Below, in pieces: positions 43,310 to 52,843 of a DNA stretch of 64,000 nucleotides; positions within the stretch are counted from its first letter, which is position 1, and the number at the start of each line of letters is the position of its first letter. Origin of the DNA: a virus; IMG/VR virus record IMGVR_UViG_3300045988_095676, positions 26,969 through 90,968 of that record; one strand, written 5' to 3'. The notes beneath the pieces were generated by a model, which saw nothing but the letters and a program-made list of their open reading frames with translations, was not told the DNA's origin and ran no database searches. Made by a program: the position numbers and the translations under genes.

Positions 43310-45010
43310 ATGACAACAATTATGTACGTGTCAGCCATCTTAGCTGTAGTGATTATTTTGACAATCATCGGAGTCTTATCAAGGTATCGTAGATGTAAGC
43401 CTAATCAGGTCTTGGTCGTTTACGGTAAGACAGGTGGGGAAAAGAAGTCGGCAAAATTATATCATGGTGGAGCGGCATTTGTCTTGCCTATTATTCAAAG
43501 CTATGATGTTTTGTCTATGGAGCCTATGCAAATAGATTGTAGGCTTACCGGTGCTTTGTCATCTCAGAATATTAGAGTAGATGTGCCTACAACTATTACA
43601 GTAGCTATCAGTACAAATCCTGAAATCATGCAAAATGCAGCAGAAAGACTTTTGGGGATGGATACCGAATCTACTGAAAATCTTATTACAGACATCGTTT
43701 ACGGTCAGATGCGTTTGATTATTGCCGAAATGACAATCGAAAAACTTAATTCTGATAGGGATGAGTTTTTGGATAAGGCAAGAAAAAACATTGATAACGA
43801 ACTTAATAAATTGGGTCTTTATCTTTTGAACATTAACATCAGTGACATCAGAGATGAAGCCGGCTACATCATGAATCTTGGTAAAGAGGCTGAAAGCAAG
43901 GCTCTGAACGAAGCACAGGCTAATATCGAAGAACAGGAAAAGCTGGGTGCTATTAAGATTGCTGTACAACAGAAGGAAAAAGAAACGGCTGTAGCTAATA
44001 CCCAAAAAGAGCAAGAGATTCAAATTGCCTATACTGAAAAAGAAAAAGAAACGGTAGTAGCTGAAACAAAGAAAGAAAAAGAAGTAGCTTTGGCTTTAAC
44101 CGATAAAGAAAAACAGATCGGTGTAGCTCAAGCCGATAGAGATAGGGCTGCGGCTATAGCAAAGACTTTGGCTGACAAGGAATCAGCGATTGCAAGATCT
44201 AAGGCGGAACTTGAAGTAAACAAAGCTGAAGCCGAAAGAATGGAAGAAGTTGGAAAGAATAAAGCTGAAGCTGACAAACAAGCAGCTATAGCAATACAAG
44301 ACTCTGAAGCTCAGATTAAGAAAGCTGAGGCTGAGAAAAATGCTTCTGTAGGCTACAACAATGCCCAGAAAGAGGTTGCTGTATCAGAATCAGAATTGCA
44401 GGTTATCAAAGCTCAATCAGAAAAGAAAGCCGGAGAAGAGAAAGTTAAATCGGAAGCGGCTGTGAAAACGGCAAAAGAGCTTGCTGATAAAGAAGTGGAA
44501 GAAGCTAAAGCTAAGAAGGTTCAAGCTGCGCTTAAAGCTGAAAAGATTGTGCCGGCTGAAATTCAGAAGCAGGAGGCTATGTTGCAAGCTGATGCCGAGG
44601 CCGAGAAGATCAAACGCCGGGCCGATGCTGAAGCAGCAGCACATTTGGCAAAAGCAGAGGCGGAAGCAAAAGCTATTCAGATGAAGCTGGAAGCGGAAGC
44701 CGAAGGTAAGAAAAAGTCGTTGATGGCAGAAGCCGACGGATTTAAGGCTATGGTGGAAGCAGCAGAATCCAATCCTCAGATCGCCATCCAGTACAAGATG
44801 GTTAATCAGTGGAAAGAAATTGCCGGAGAACAGGTTAAGGCATTTGAGCACATTAACCTCGGAAATATCACGGTATTTGACGGCGGTCAGAACAGTACCG
44901 GTAATTTCCTTAACAATGTTGTTAAGACCGTCGCTCCGGCATTGGGAGTCATTGATCAGCTTCCGATTGCAGATACTTTAAAGAAGCTAAAAGGAGATGA
45001 CAAAAAATAA
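43310..45010 (+). CDS. flotillin/YqiK-like SPFH (band 7) domain protein
   Basis: N-terminal TM helix, SPFH-like core (VVYGKTGG...AAFVLPIIQSYDVLSMEP), then a ~250-aa Ala/Glu/Lys-rich coiled coil typical of flotillins. Confidence 0.75.
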   Translation: MTTIMYVSAILAVVIILTIIGVLSRYRRCKPNQVLVVYGKTGGEKKSAKLYHGGAAFVLPIIQSYDVLSMEPMQIDCRLTGALSSQNIRVDVPTTITVAISTNPEIMQNAAERLLGMDTESTENLITDIVYGQMRLIIAEMTIEKLNSDRDEFLDKARKNIDNELNKLGLYLLNINISDIRDEAGYIMNLGKEAESKALNEAQANIEEQEKLGAIKIAVQQKEKETAVANTQKEQEIQIAYTEKEKETVVAETKKEKEVALALTDKEKQIGVAQADRDRAAAIAKTLADKESAIARSKAELEVNKAEAERMEEVGKNKAEADKQAAIAIQDSEAQIKKAEAEKNASVGYNNAQKEVAVSESELQVIKAQSEKKAGEEKVKSEAAVKTAKELADKEVEEAKAKKVQAALKAEKIVPAEIQKQEAMLQADAEAEKIKRRADAEAAAHLAKAEAEAKAIQMKLEAEAEGKKKSLMAEADGFKAMVEAAESNPQIAIQYKMVNQWKEIAGEQVKAFEHINLGNITVFDGGQNSTGNFLNNVVKTVAPALGVIDQLPIADTLKKLKGDDKK

Positions 45011-45117
45011 ATACAATGGCCCAGGGTTACACTTGGGCCTAATTGAAGAAATAAAAGCAGCATTCATAGATTTCCTGCCGGCAGGAACAGTGCTTTACTA
45101 ATTACGATATTTTTAAC

Positions 45118-45225
45118 ATGGATTTTGGACAAGATTTAGAACCAGAAGAACTGACCAAGCATTATGATCAGTATTATGGAATTGATTTTGAAACAGAAGA
45201 AGAGGAGGATGAAGAGTATGACTGA
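45118..45225 (+). CDS. 35-aa acidic peptide
   Basis: Hand-translated MDFGQDLEPEELTKHYDQYYGIDFETEEEEDEEYD. Confidence 0.35.
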   Translation: MDFGQDLEPEELTKHYDQYYGIDFETEEEEDEEYD

Positions 45226-45523
45226 CGAGGAATTTGTATTGGATAATAAGAAAAGGGTTGTTGTAAGAAAAAGAATATCTTATTTAAGCAAAGGGGATAA
45301 AGTGTGGATTGTGTCTTCCGACGGGTATCTGCTACACACGGACGTGGTTAGAGCCGACCGCGGCCGATCTTATGTGGATATAGACGGTATCCTGTATTGG
45401 AAACGAGGATTGGATGGCAAGCATCGTAATCGTAATAACTACATGCAGTTTGCCATGACACCAGAAGACGGTAAGAAGTATGTCGTATATTACCCGGAAG
45501 GATTTAAAGACAATGACTTATGA
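45218..45523 (+). CDS. hypothetical protein
   Basis: ATG 45218 inside ORF 45164..45523. Confidence 0.55.
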   Translation: MTDEEFVLDNKKRVVVRKRISYLSKGDKVWIVSSDGYLLHTDVVRADRGRSYVDIDGILYWKRGLDGKHRNRNNYMQFAMTPEDGKKYVVYYPEGFKDNDL

Positions 45524-46539
45524 TGGTCCCGGAAACGCATTTGCTATATAAGGAGTTTAATGGTGTGAAACGTCTTGCCATATCTTATTCCCAGATAGAT
45601 ACGTTTCTTACTTGTCCAATGAAATGGTATAAAACTTACGTGGAGGGCAAAAGGTCTACGGAAAAACAAGAAGCTACGTCTTATGGTACGGTTATTCATA
45701 AGACACTGGAATACTTCTTCAAGAACGGAAGACAGCCTTCTGGCAAAGACCTGGGGGAAGCTATAAGTTACTATGCTTACCAAGAAGACATACCTTGGCA
45801 ATCACCGGAAAATATGATGATAGCCATGAAGCAATCTGGAGAGCTTCTTGCTTGGATTGTGGATCTGTTCAAAAAAGACGGCAATAGGTTTATGATAGCT
45901 GATAGTGATCTTAATCCCTGCGAGAAACTTATCAGACACGGCGCTATAGTTGGAGTCGAAGAAGATTTTGTGCTGCCGTACCGTCTTCCTAAGCCTGTTA
46001 ACATAAATGGAGTAATTCATACTCATGTGTACATAGTAGGATCGGTAGACCTTCATCTGGCTATAAAAAGCAAGAACGTAGTTCACCATTATGTCATAGA
46101 TTGGAAATCAGGTAATAAGGTTTTTGATTCTAAGAAGTTGGAAACGAATTTACAGCATCCTATATATTCGTTTTACATCTATAGAAAATATGGTGGAGTT
46201 CTGCCAGATATGAACATCTATTTCTTTACCAGGACCAGACAATACCAAAAGGTTAAGGTGGATGAGGAACGTAAAACAAAATCTATAGAGATGCTAAATG
46301 ACACTTTGTCTAAAATGTATGATTTTGAAGATAATAGTGTAAAAACATTTCAGGCATACATCCAGGGAGCAGAAGGAGCCAGGTATAGCAAGCGGCGTGC
46401 CACCCTAAGCCAGCCTGTTCCGCAAAACAAGCTACCCTGCCCGTCAGCACTGTGTTACTATTGTGACTTTGGATTACATAACAAAAACGAATGCCCTTTC
46501 TCTTCGGATTGGGATCCGTCTAAAAAGATAAAACGATGA
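45520..46539 (+). CDS. Cas4/RecB-like PD-(D/E)XK nuclease with Fe-S cysteines
   Basis: N-terminal Cys (FLTCPMKWY), core GSVDLHL...VIDWKSG, and a C-terminal CPSALCYYC...C cluster. Confidence 0.7.
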   Translation: MMVPETHLLYKEFNGVKRLAISYSQIDTFLTCPMKWYKTYVEGKRSTEKQEATSYGTVIHKTLEYFFKNGRQPSGKDLGEAISYYAYQEDIPWQSPENMMIAMKQSGELLAWIVDLFKKDGNRFMIADSDLNPCEKLIRHGAIVGVEEDFVLPYRLPKPVNINGVIHTHVYIVGSVDLHLAIKSKNVVHHYVIDWKSGNKVFDSKKLETNLQHPIYSFYIYRKYGGVLPDMNIYFFTRTRQYQKVKVDEERKTKSIEMLNDTLSKMYDFEDNSVKTFQAYIQGAEGARYSKRRATLSQPVPQNKLPCPSALCYYCDFGLHNKNECPFSSDWDPSKKIKR

Positions 46540-46709
46540 AATACGAGGACGTTCAAAAGTTAAGAACAAAATACCGGCAAGATCCGGAAGTTATAAACGT
46601 AGAATACATGAGAGACGTTGCTGTAAGATGTGGGAATTTCAAGAAAGCATTTGAACTTCAGGAGAAGCTGGAGGATATATGGTTTAACTACTTAAAGGGA
46701 GTCCAATGA
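46536..46709 (+). CDS. hypothetical protein (57 aa)
   Basis: Hand-translated ORF with ATGA overlaps at both ends. Confidence 0.45.
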   Translation: MKYEDVQKLRTKYRQDPEVINVEYMRDVAVRCGNFKKAFELQEKLEDIWFNYLKGVQ

Positions 46710-47035
46710 AAGAAGATCTAATATGTGGAGTAGCGATCCTTTTGTATTTAGTTTTATTATACTTGCTCACGACAGCTTTCATAAAAACAGGTAGAGCAGT
46801 AGATCGTTATAAGATGAAGAAGAAAACTGACAAAATCAAAGTAGGTCAAAGATACGAACATAAGAACTACTTTGAGGATCCATTTGAAAGAGGCAAGCAT
46901 GTGATTAAGATATTAGACATAAAAGAAGGGTACGTTCTATATGAGTACGAAGAAAAACCATATATACGTTCTTCTGTGAGTCTTGAAGATATTGTTAAAA
47001 AATACATTTTAATTACTGATGTTAAACACAAGTAA
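46706..47035 (+). CDS. membrane-anchored hypothetical protein
   Basis: ORF track, N-terminal hydrophobic helix. Confidence 0.6.
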   Translation: MKEDLICGVAILLYLVLLYLLTTAFIKTGRAVDRYKMKKKTDKIKVGQRYEHKNYFEDPFERGKHVIKILDIKEGYVLYEYEEKPYIRSSVSLEDIVKKYILITDVKHK

Positions 47036-47038
47036 GTC

Positions 47039-47416
47039 ATGAAAAAAGAAGTCACAATCAAGGAAGATATGGCTGTGTTTTATAAAAATACAGGAAAAGA
47101 ACTATGGATTTATAACGGACTTTTCAGAAACAAGGTGTTGTCTATAAAAAAAGATAAAGCCATTATCATGTGTGAAACTGATGCTGAATATGCTGTACTG
47201 ATAGAAGATAATCAGTTTATTGCCGTAGCAAAAAACATGGATTATGATTACTGCTGCGCATTCACATTAGGTAATGCCGAGGCTTATGGGGATCGTATGG
47301 GCATATCGTGCAGTGTATGCTTGCTTGAAGATAACGAAGATAAAGCAAGGGAGATGTTGAAAGAGGCGATAATAGAACTTTCAAAAAACAGTAAAATAGA
47401 TTGCGATGGGCTTTGA
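47039..47416 (+). CDS. hypothetical protein
   Basis: ORF track. Confidence 0.6.
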   Translation: MKKEVTIKEDMAVFYKNTGKELWIYNGLFRNKVLSIKKDKAIIMCETDAEYAVLIEDNQFIAVAKNMDYDYCCAFTLGNAEAYGDRMGISCSVCLLEDNEDKAREMLKEAIIELSKNSKIDCDGL

Positions 47417-48827
47417 ACTTAGACCTTACCAAAAAGAGGCAGTAGATGCCGGGCTTAAGTTCCTTACAGGAAGATCTAAGAAGCCTGGCATAGAAGTCTT
47501 GCCGTGTGCAGCGGGGAAGTCTTTGATAATTAGCAAGATAGCTCATGAATTAAAAAGACCTATCCTTGTATTACAGCCATCTAAAGAGATTCTGGAGCAG
47601 AATTATGCGAAGGCTGTATCATTCGGTTCTAAACCTACCATATATTCTGCTTCATGTAAAAAAAAAGAGTTATCGGCTATGACTTATGCTACACTTAAAA
47701 GCATAAAGAAAGACGTAGCAAGGTTGAAAGATATAGGGATAGACACATTATTGATAGATGAGGTGCATAGCGGGTATTCTCCTGAAGAAGGTTCTGAATT
47801 TATGGAGTTTATGAACAGGTTCCCAGAGGCGAAGGTGCTGGGCTTCACCGCCACGCCCTGCCGCCTCCGGACCTACAGCTCCATGCTGGAAGGAAACTAC
47901 AGCAAACTTAATATGCTGACGAAAGACGAGCATAATTTCTTTAAGAAGATAGTTCATGTGACTCAAATACAAGAGCTAACTTCTCAGGGATTTTGGTGCC
48001 CTCTTAAGTACGAACGATGGTCGTTTGATGAATCGGCTCTGATATTAAACAGTACCGGAGCCGAATATACCAACGAATCTATTAAAGAAAGCATCGTACG
48101 AAACGGCTTAAACAACTCTATCTACAAGCGCCTTCTTCAACTTATGAACGAGCGTAAAGCTATTTTGGTTTGCATGGATTCTATCGAATCATGTAATAGA
48201 ATATCAGAGTTCATGAATGCCAGGATGGGAGCCATAACCGGTGTCGTAACATCGCTAACAACCAAAAAGAAAAGAGAGCAAATCATATCCGATTTCAAAG
48301 AAGGTAAGTTGAAGGTGGTTTTTAATTATTCAACGCTTGCTACCGGATTTGATTTTCCCGAACTTGATTGTGTGATGTTTGGACGACCAACATTCTCATA
48401 TTCAACATATTACCAGGTGCTCGGCAGGTGCGTCCGCATCCATCCTGACAAGAAAGAGGCGCTGATAGTTGACTGCTGCGACAACATGAGGCGCTTTGGT
48501 CGGATAGAAGACCTGACAATCGAGCAATTCCCTTCTAAGGGCTGGTGTATGTTTGCCGGCGATCAACTTCTGTCTAATATAAGGATGGGTGATATTATTA
48601 CCAAAGACGAGATCCTTCGTCGGGCAGCCTCGATTAAATCTGTGAATGGAGATGGTAGGAGAGAAGACGATCTTGACAGTATAATAATGTGGTTTGGAAA
48701 ATATGAAGGAATTAGATTCAAGGACATACCGGTGTCGTATTTTAGGTTCTTGGCTGAGAATATGGCGGTAAAACCGGGAGATAGGAAAGAAAAGATTATC
48801 GAATATTATAATAGGATAAAAGCATGA
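47406..48827 (+). CDS. SF2 DEAD/DEAH-type helicase with C-terminal DUF3820-like tail
   Basis: RPYQKEAV, Walker A AAGKS, DEVH box, motif III GFTATP, motif VI QVLGRCVR. C-terminal WFGKYEGIRFKDIP..YFRFL. Confidence 0.8.
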   Translation: MGFELRPYQKEAVDAGLKFLTGRSKKPGIEVLPCAAGKSLIISKIAHELKRPILVLQPSKEILEQNYAKAVSFGSKPTIYSASCKKKELSAMTYATLKSIKKDVARLKDIGIDTLLIDEVHSGYSPEEGSEFMEFMNRFPEAKVLGFTATPCRLRTYSSMLEGNYSKLNMLTKDEHNFFKKIVHVTQIQELTSQGFWCPLKYERWSFDESALILNSTGAEYTNESIKESIVRNGLNNSIYKRLLQLMNERKAILVCMDSIESCNRISEFMNARMGAITGVVTSLTTKKKREQIISDFKEGKLKVVFNYSTLATGFDFPELDCVMFGRPTFSYSTYYQVLGRCVRIHPDKKEALIVDCCDNMRRFGRIEDLTIEQFPSKGWCMFAGDQLLSNIRMGDIITKDEILRRAASIKSVNGDGRREDDLDSIIMWFGKYEGIRFKDIPVSYFRFLAENMAVKPGDRKEKIIEYYNRIKA

Positions 48828-49186
48828 ACAGCAAAAGACGTAAGAAAATAGAGGATATTATTTCCAATTTGGAAAAGCATAAAACAGATCTTGAGTTTAT
48901 CAAATCAAAGCTGTTAGAGGTCAGGCATAATTTGGATTCAGCCAAGGATGATGTTGATATGATTTTAGACGAGGAGACAGAAGCAAGAGACAATATGCCG
49001 GAGTCATTACAAGATACAGAAAGATATTATCAATCAGATGAGGCTGTAGCTAATATGGAGGCGGTTGTTGATGATATGGAAAGTATTGTAGGGGATTTAG
49101 AGAATGCGGTTTCAACCATTGATGATAAAATCGATGACATAGAAACTGGTATTATAGGGAATTTAGAGGCAGCGATAGGCGCATAG
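48824..49186 (+). CDS. acidic coiled-coil protein
   Basis: ORF track, ATGA overlap. Confidence 0.6.
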   Translation: MNSKRRKKIEDIISNLEKHKTDLEFIKSKLLEVRHNLDSAKDDVDMILDEETEARDNMPESLQDTERYYQSDEAVANMEAVVDDMESIVGDLENAVSTIDDKIDDIETGIIGNLEAAIGA

Positions 49187-49218
49187 TATAAAAAATACAA
49201 TAATAAAATTTAACACAG

Positions 49219-49226
49219 TATATTTG
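49219..49226 (+). promoter_or_regulatory. -7 promoter box TATATTTG followed by a 9-bp leader hairpin
   Basis: Matches TAnnTTTG. The hairpin atacgatac...gtatcgtat lies downstream. Confidence 0.45.
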
Positions 49227-49284
49227 TATAAGTATAATACGATACATATTTTTGTATCGTATTATTTTTTATGTGTTATATTTT

Positions 49285-50019
49285 ATGAAAACAAATGTTA
49301 CAATGGTATCAAAAGACCGAGAATTATTTGGCGTAATAATTAAGCAGGACACTAAAACTTCGTTTATGTCCTTAACAGACCTTCAGGAAGCCTATACGAA
49401 GAAGAGGGTTGAGATGGGGTGGAATGAAAAGAGAATAGAGAATATCCTATCTAATAAGGAGAGTGCGGAACGTGTTTACTATATCCTTGAAAAACAAGGA
49501 TATAAGATAGAATCAGGATTTCCTGGTTTTATACAATCTGTTGAAAAAGAGTCACTTATAAAAGTGATGAAAAAAATGGGAGCTTATAAGACAATGGGTA
49601 GAGGAGAGAATAGGAGAACTATGTGTAATCCATATATATGGGTGCTTGTAGCTATGGAACTAAACCCTATGTTGTATGCTGAGGTTGTTACGTGGTTAAC
49701 AGATAAGCTTATCTTAAACCGAATAGAGGCAGGTGATAAATACAATGTCCTATCAAGAGCTATATCAAGATTTCCGGATGCCGATTACTCCAAGATGGCT
49801 AAAGGCTTAAATTGGATTGTATTTAATGAGCATGAAAGCATGATAAGAAATAGGGCTACACAGGAGCAGTTGAAAGAACTTGAAACCCTACAGTCTAATC
49901 TTGCATTCTGCATAGAGATGGGAACCATCTCTTCTTTCTCTAATTTAATGAACATGATGAGATCTATATATGTAAAGAAATGGGGAGAAGAGGCTGTAAC
50001 TTCTAAAAACGTAAAATAA
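49285..50019 (+). CDS. hypothetical protein, possible KilA-N-like DNA-binding domain
   Basis: ATG 49285 inside ORF 49252..50019. The N-terminal region loosely resembles KilA-N, so the call is weak. Confidence 0.4.
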   Translation: MKTNVTMVSKDRELFGVIIKQDTKTSFMSLTDLQEAYTKKRVEMGWNEKRIENILSNKESAERVYYILEKQGYKIESGFPGFIQSVEKESLIKVMKKMGAYKTMGRGENRRTMCNPYIWVLVAMELNPMLYAEVVTWLTDKLILNRIEAGDKYNVLSRAISRFPDADYSKMAKGLNWIVFNEHESMIRNRATQEQLKELETLQSNLAFCIEMGTISSFSNLMNMMRSIYVKKWGEEAVTSKNVK

Positions 50020-50020
50020 T

Positions 50021-50308
50021 ATGGGAGTAAAAGAAATAAGAGAACTACTTAGACTCTACAATCTCGAACATAGTGTCGTCCAGAACAAAAACTCTGGGCG
50101 GTATTCTATTATTCTCCATAACAACATCATAGGAACGAACGTAGATGGAGAGAAGGTAGTTGTGTTCAGAACCATTCCGGATGGAAGCAATACGTTCTCT
50201 ATGGAGCGAAATAGATTCTATGAGGGGTTTGTAGAGGCTTTTGATGACGATAAGGCGATTGAAGCCGTAAAACAGTATTTTGAGAAAAACAGAAATGATA
50301 GGGTATAA
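50021..50308 (+). CDS. hypothetical protein
   Basis: ORF track. Confidence 0.6.
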   Translation: MGVKEIRELLRLYNLEHSVVQNKNSGRYSIILHNNIIGTNVDGEKVVVFRTIPDGSNTFSMERNRFYEGFVEAFDDDKAIEAVKQYFEKNRNDRV

Positions 50309-50360
50309 GACGAAGATGGATTATATTGCTATCGAAATGAGGTAAAACAACGATAAAGCA

Positions 50361-50918
50361 ATGGAAAAGATGGATGATAATACTAAAAATATCCTTTATC
50401 CAAAAGGATCTATTTTTCGCATATTAAAAGATGATATAATCAGTGCCGAATTTAAAATCGTCAAAGGAGCTATAGCGGAGGCAGTATCAGACATAGAAGT
50501 AAATGATAAATATGCTGAGGTTTGTTGCAATGGGGAGACGTTCGTCATAGAAACGGATATTATGGATATTATTCTTACCAAAGACCCCATAGAAAACAAA
50601 TCGGTGAAAAATGACATCATTGACGACAAACTACGATGGGATTTGCTTCCAATGAAAGAGATTGAGGATATTGTAAGAGTCTATCATGCTGGTGCAAAGA
50701 AGTACGGACCCAATAAATGGCAGAACCTTGACAACGGGTTTGAACGGTATCGTGCTGCGGCTGCCAGACACCTAATGGAATACATGAAAGGGGAAAGAGT
50801 GGATTCCGATACAGGATGTTTTCATCTTGCACAATGTGCATGGAACTGTATAGCTATGCTGTGGTATGATAAGCATGGAAAAGGGTTGATACCATTAAAC
50901 AAGGAGGAAAAGAAATGA
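50361..50918 (+). CDS. possible dATP/dGTP diphosphohydrolase-like (DUF5664-like) protein
   Basis: The C-terminal half LRWDLLP...VYHAGAKKYGPNKW...HLAQCAWN resembles the phage dNTP pyrophosphohydrolase N-domain from memory. Not verified. Confidence 0.4.
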   Translation: MEKMDDNTKNILYPKGSIFRILKDDIISAEFKIVKGAIAEAVSDIEVNDKYAEVCCNGETFVIETDIMDIILTKDPIENKSVKNDIIDDKLRWDLLPMKEIEDIVRVYHAGAKKYGPNKWQNLDNGFERYRAAAARHLMEYMKGERVDSDTGCFHLAQCAWNCIAMLWYDKHGKGLIPLNKEEKK

Positions 50919-51223
50919 CAATAGAACAACTAAATTATTTATTAAGAAACGAGCTTTATGCTATAAAAAATCATAAAGACAATATTGATAGAATCAAAAA
51001 AGAATACTTTGATTCCAATTATGGGTTAAAAGAAGGAGATAAGATCCGTATTTTACACGAAACAGGAGATGAAATGATAGGCTTCTTGAAAAAAGTTGAA
51101 GTATGTGAAGACGGAGATCTGTACTTGACAATCCAAAAACAAAACGAAAAAGGTGACAGAGGCAGAGGAAAATGGAATATGTATCTATCATCAAAATCAA
51201 TTAAAATTGAAAAATGTGTATAA
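50915..51223 (+). CDS. hypothetical protein
   Basis: ORF track. Confidence 0.6.
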   Translation: MTIEQLNYLLRNELYAIKNHKDNIDRIKKEYFDSNYGLKEGDKIRILHETGDEMIGFLKKVEVCEDGDLYLTIQKQNEKGDRGRGKWNMYLSSKSIKIEKCV

Positions 51224-51227
51224 TGCC

Positions 51228-52304
51228 ATGAGAGTGTTAAGTTTATTTGACGGAATGTCATGTGGTCAAATAGCGCTAAAAGAAATAGGGATCACACCTG
51301 AAGTATATTATGCTTCCGAGATAGACAAGTTTGCTATTAAACAAACTCAACTAAATTTCCCGAATACAATACAGGTGGGAGATGTTAGGAAAGTAAATGT
51401 ATTGGATTTACAACCCATTGATTTATTAATAGGAGGGTCGCCATGTACCAACCTATCTTCCATAGGGTCAAGAAAAGGTCTTTGCACAAAAGAAAATATT
51501 GAAATCCTATCGCTCGATCAATACATTGAACTAAAAGAACAAGGCTTTGAATTTGAAGGGCAATCCTATTTATTTTGGGAGTACATGAGAATACTTACAG
51601 AAATAAGAGAATACAACCCCAATATATTGTTTCTATTGGAAAATGTAGAAATGGGAAAGAAATGGGAGTCTGTTTTTAATAAAGCCATTGGAACGCAAGG
51701 AATCCATATTAATTCATCTCTTGTATCTGCTCAAAGCAGGAAAAGGATATATTGGACGAACATAAATGGCGGAAACATTCCGCAACCTAAAGATGAAGGA
51801 TTGTTTTTAAGAGATATATTGGAAGATGAAGTGGATGAACACTTCTTTCTTTCTGAAAAGGCTCTTAAAGGGATCGAACTTCACAAAGAAAGAAACAAAG
51901 AAAAGAAAAACGGGTTCGGTGCAGACATAAGAAAACCTTCTGACAAATTCCAAACCATACGAGTAGGTGGAAAAGGCGTATATGATTTGGTAAGTATTCC
52001 TTCAAGAAAAGTAATCCAGTTGAACAAAACAAATGAATTTGGGAAACAACCAAGACAACAGAACAGGATATATGATCCACAAGGAATATCCCCTGCGGTT
52101 TTGGCAAACATGAGTTGCGGAAGCCATGCTATATTAGATAATTTCCGCATACGAAGACTTACTCCTACTGAATGTGCAAAATTGCAAACCATTCCTGAGT
52201 GGTACAAATGGCAATGCAGCAACACTCAACAGTACAAGATGTTGGGAAACGGGTGGACTATTAAAGTGATTGAACATATACTTAAAAGAATAAAAGAATC
52301 ATGA
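51228..52304 (+). CDS. DNA (cytosine-5)-methyltransferase, orphan
   Basis: Motif I SLFDGMSCG, motif IV GGSPCT, motif VI LLENV, motif VIII QSRKRIYW, motif X GNGWTI. ATG 51228 inside ORF 51153..52304. No restriction partner is evident. Confidence 0.85.
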   Translation: MRVLSLFDGMSCGQIALKEIGITPEVYYASEIDKFAIKQTQLNFPNTIQVGDVRKVNVLDLQPIDLLIGGSPCTNLSSIGSRKGLCTKENIEILSLDQYIELKEQGFEFEGQSYLFWEYMRILTEIREYNPNILFLLENVEMGKKWESVFNKAIGTQGIHINSSLVSAQSRKRIYWTNINGGNIPQPKDEGLFLRDILEDEVDEHFFLSEKALKGIELHKERNKEKKNGFGADIRKPSDKFQTIRVGGKGVYDLVSIPSRKVIQLNKTNEFGKQPRQQNRIYDPQGISPAVLANMSCGSHAILDNFRIRRLTPTECAKLQTIPEWYKWQCSNTQQYKMLGNGWTIKVIEHILKRIKES

Positions 52305-52843
52305 TTAAAGCAAGATTTTACATTAAAAAATCCGATTGCGGTAACGACTACCGTCCAGTCAAATGGCCTATAAAATATCCATATTGGTGTAGTGGTGAAT
52401 CCGATGATTCATTCATACTTGTAGTGTATGCCGAAGACGAAGACAGCATAAAAGAGCTGTGGCCGGAAGCATACGATATTAATGTCTTAGAAAAAGATAC
52501 TGAGGTTAAATTCACATTAAGATTTCCTAAGCCTAAATGGTATGAATTGCAAGAAGAGAGATTAGAAGAGTATGATAAATTATATGGTAAATTCGTATGG
52601 GTTACGGACATGTGTCTAAAAGATGGGAAAATAAGAAAGGTAAAAGCCAGAATAGAAGATTGTGGTGGTCTTTTATTAGCCGACACTCCTGGTCGTTACA
52701 CCCCTTATCAGATAGGGGATTGTGCTTTTGAAAGCAAGGAAGAGGCTTTAAAACATGCAGAGGAACAGAGAACGGATTTAATTAAGTCTCTTAGGTTACA
52801 AATACTCGAACTTGAAAATCTAAAATTTGAATGCGATGATTAA
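52301..52843 (+). CDS. hypothetical protein
   Basis: ORF track, ATGA overlap. Confidence 0.65.
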   Translation: MIKARFYIKKSDCGNDYRPVKWPIKYPYWCSGESDDSFILVVYAEDEDSIKELWPEAYDINVLEKDTEVKFTLRFPKPKWYELQEERLEEYDKLYGKFVWVTDMCLKDGKIRKVKARIEDCGGLLLADTPGRYTPYQIGDCAFESKEEALKHAEEQRTDLIKSLRLQILELENLKFECDD

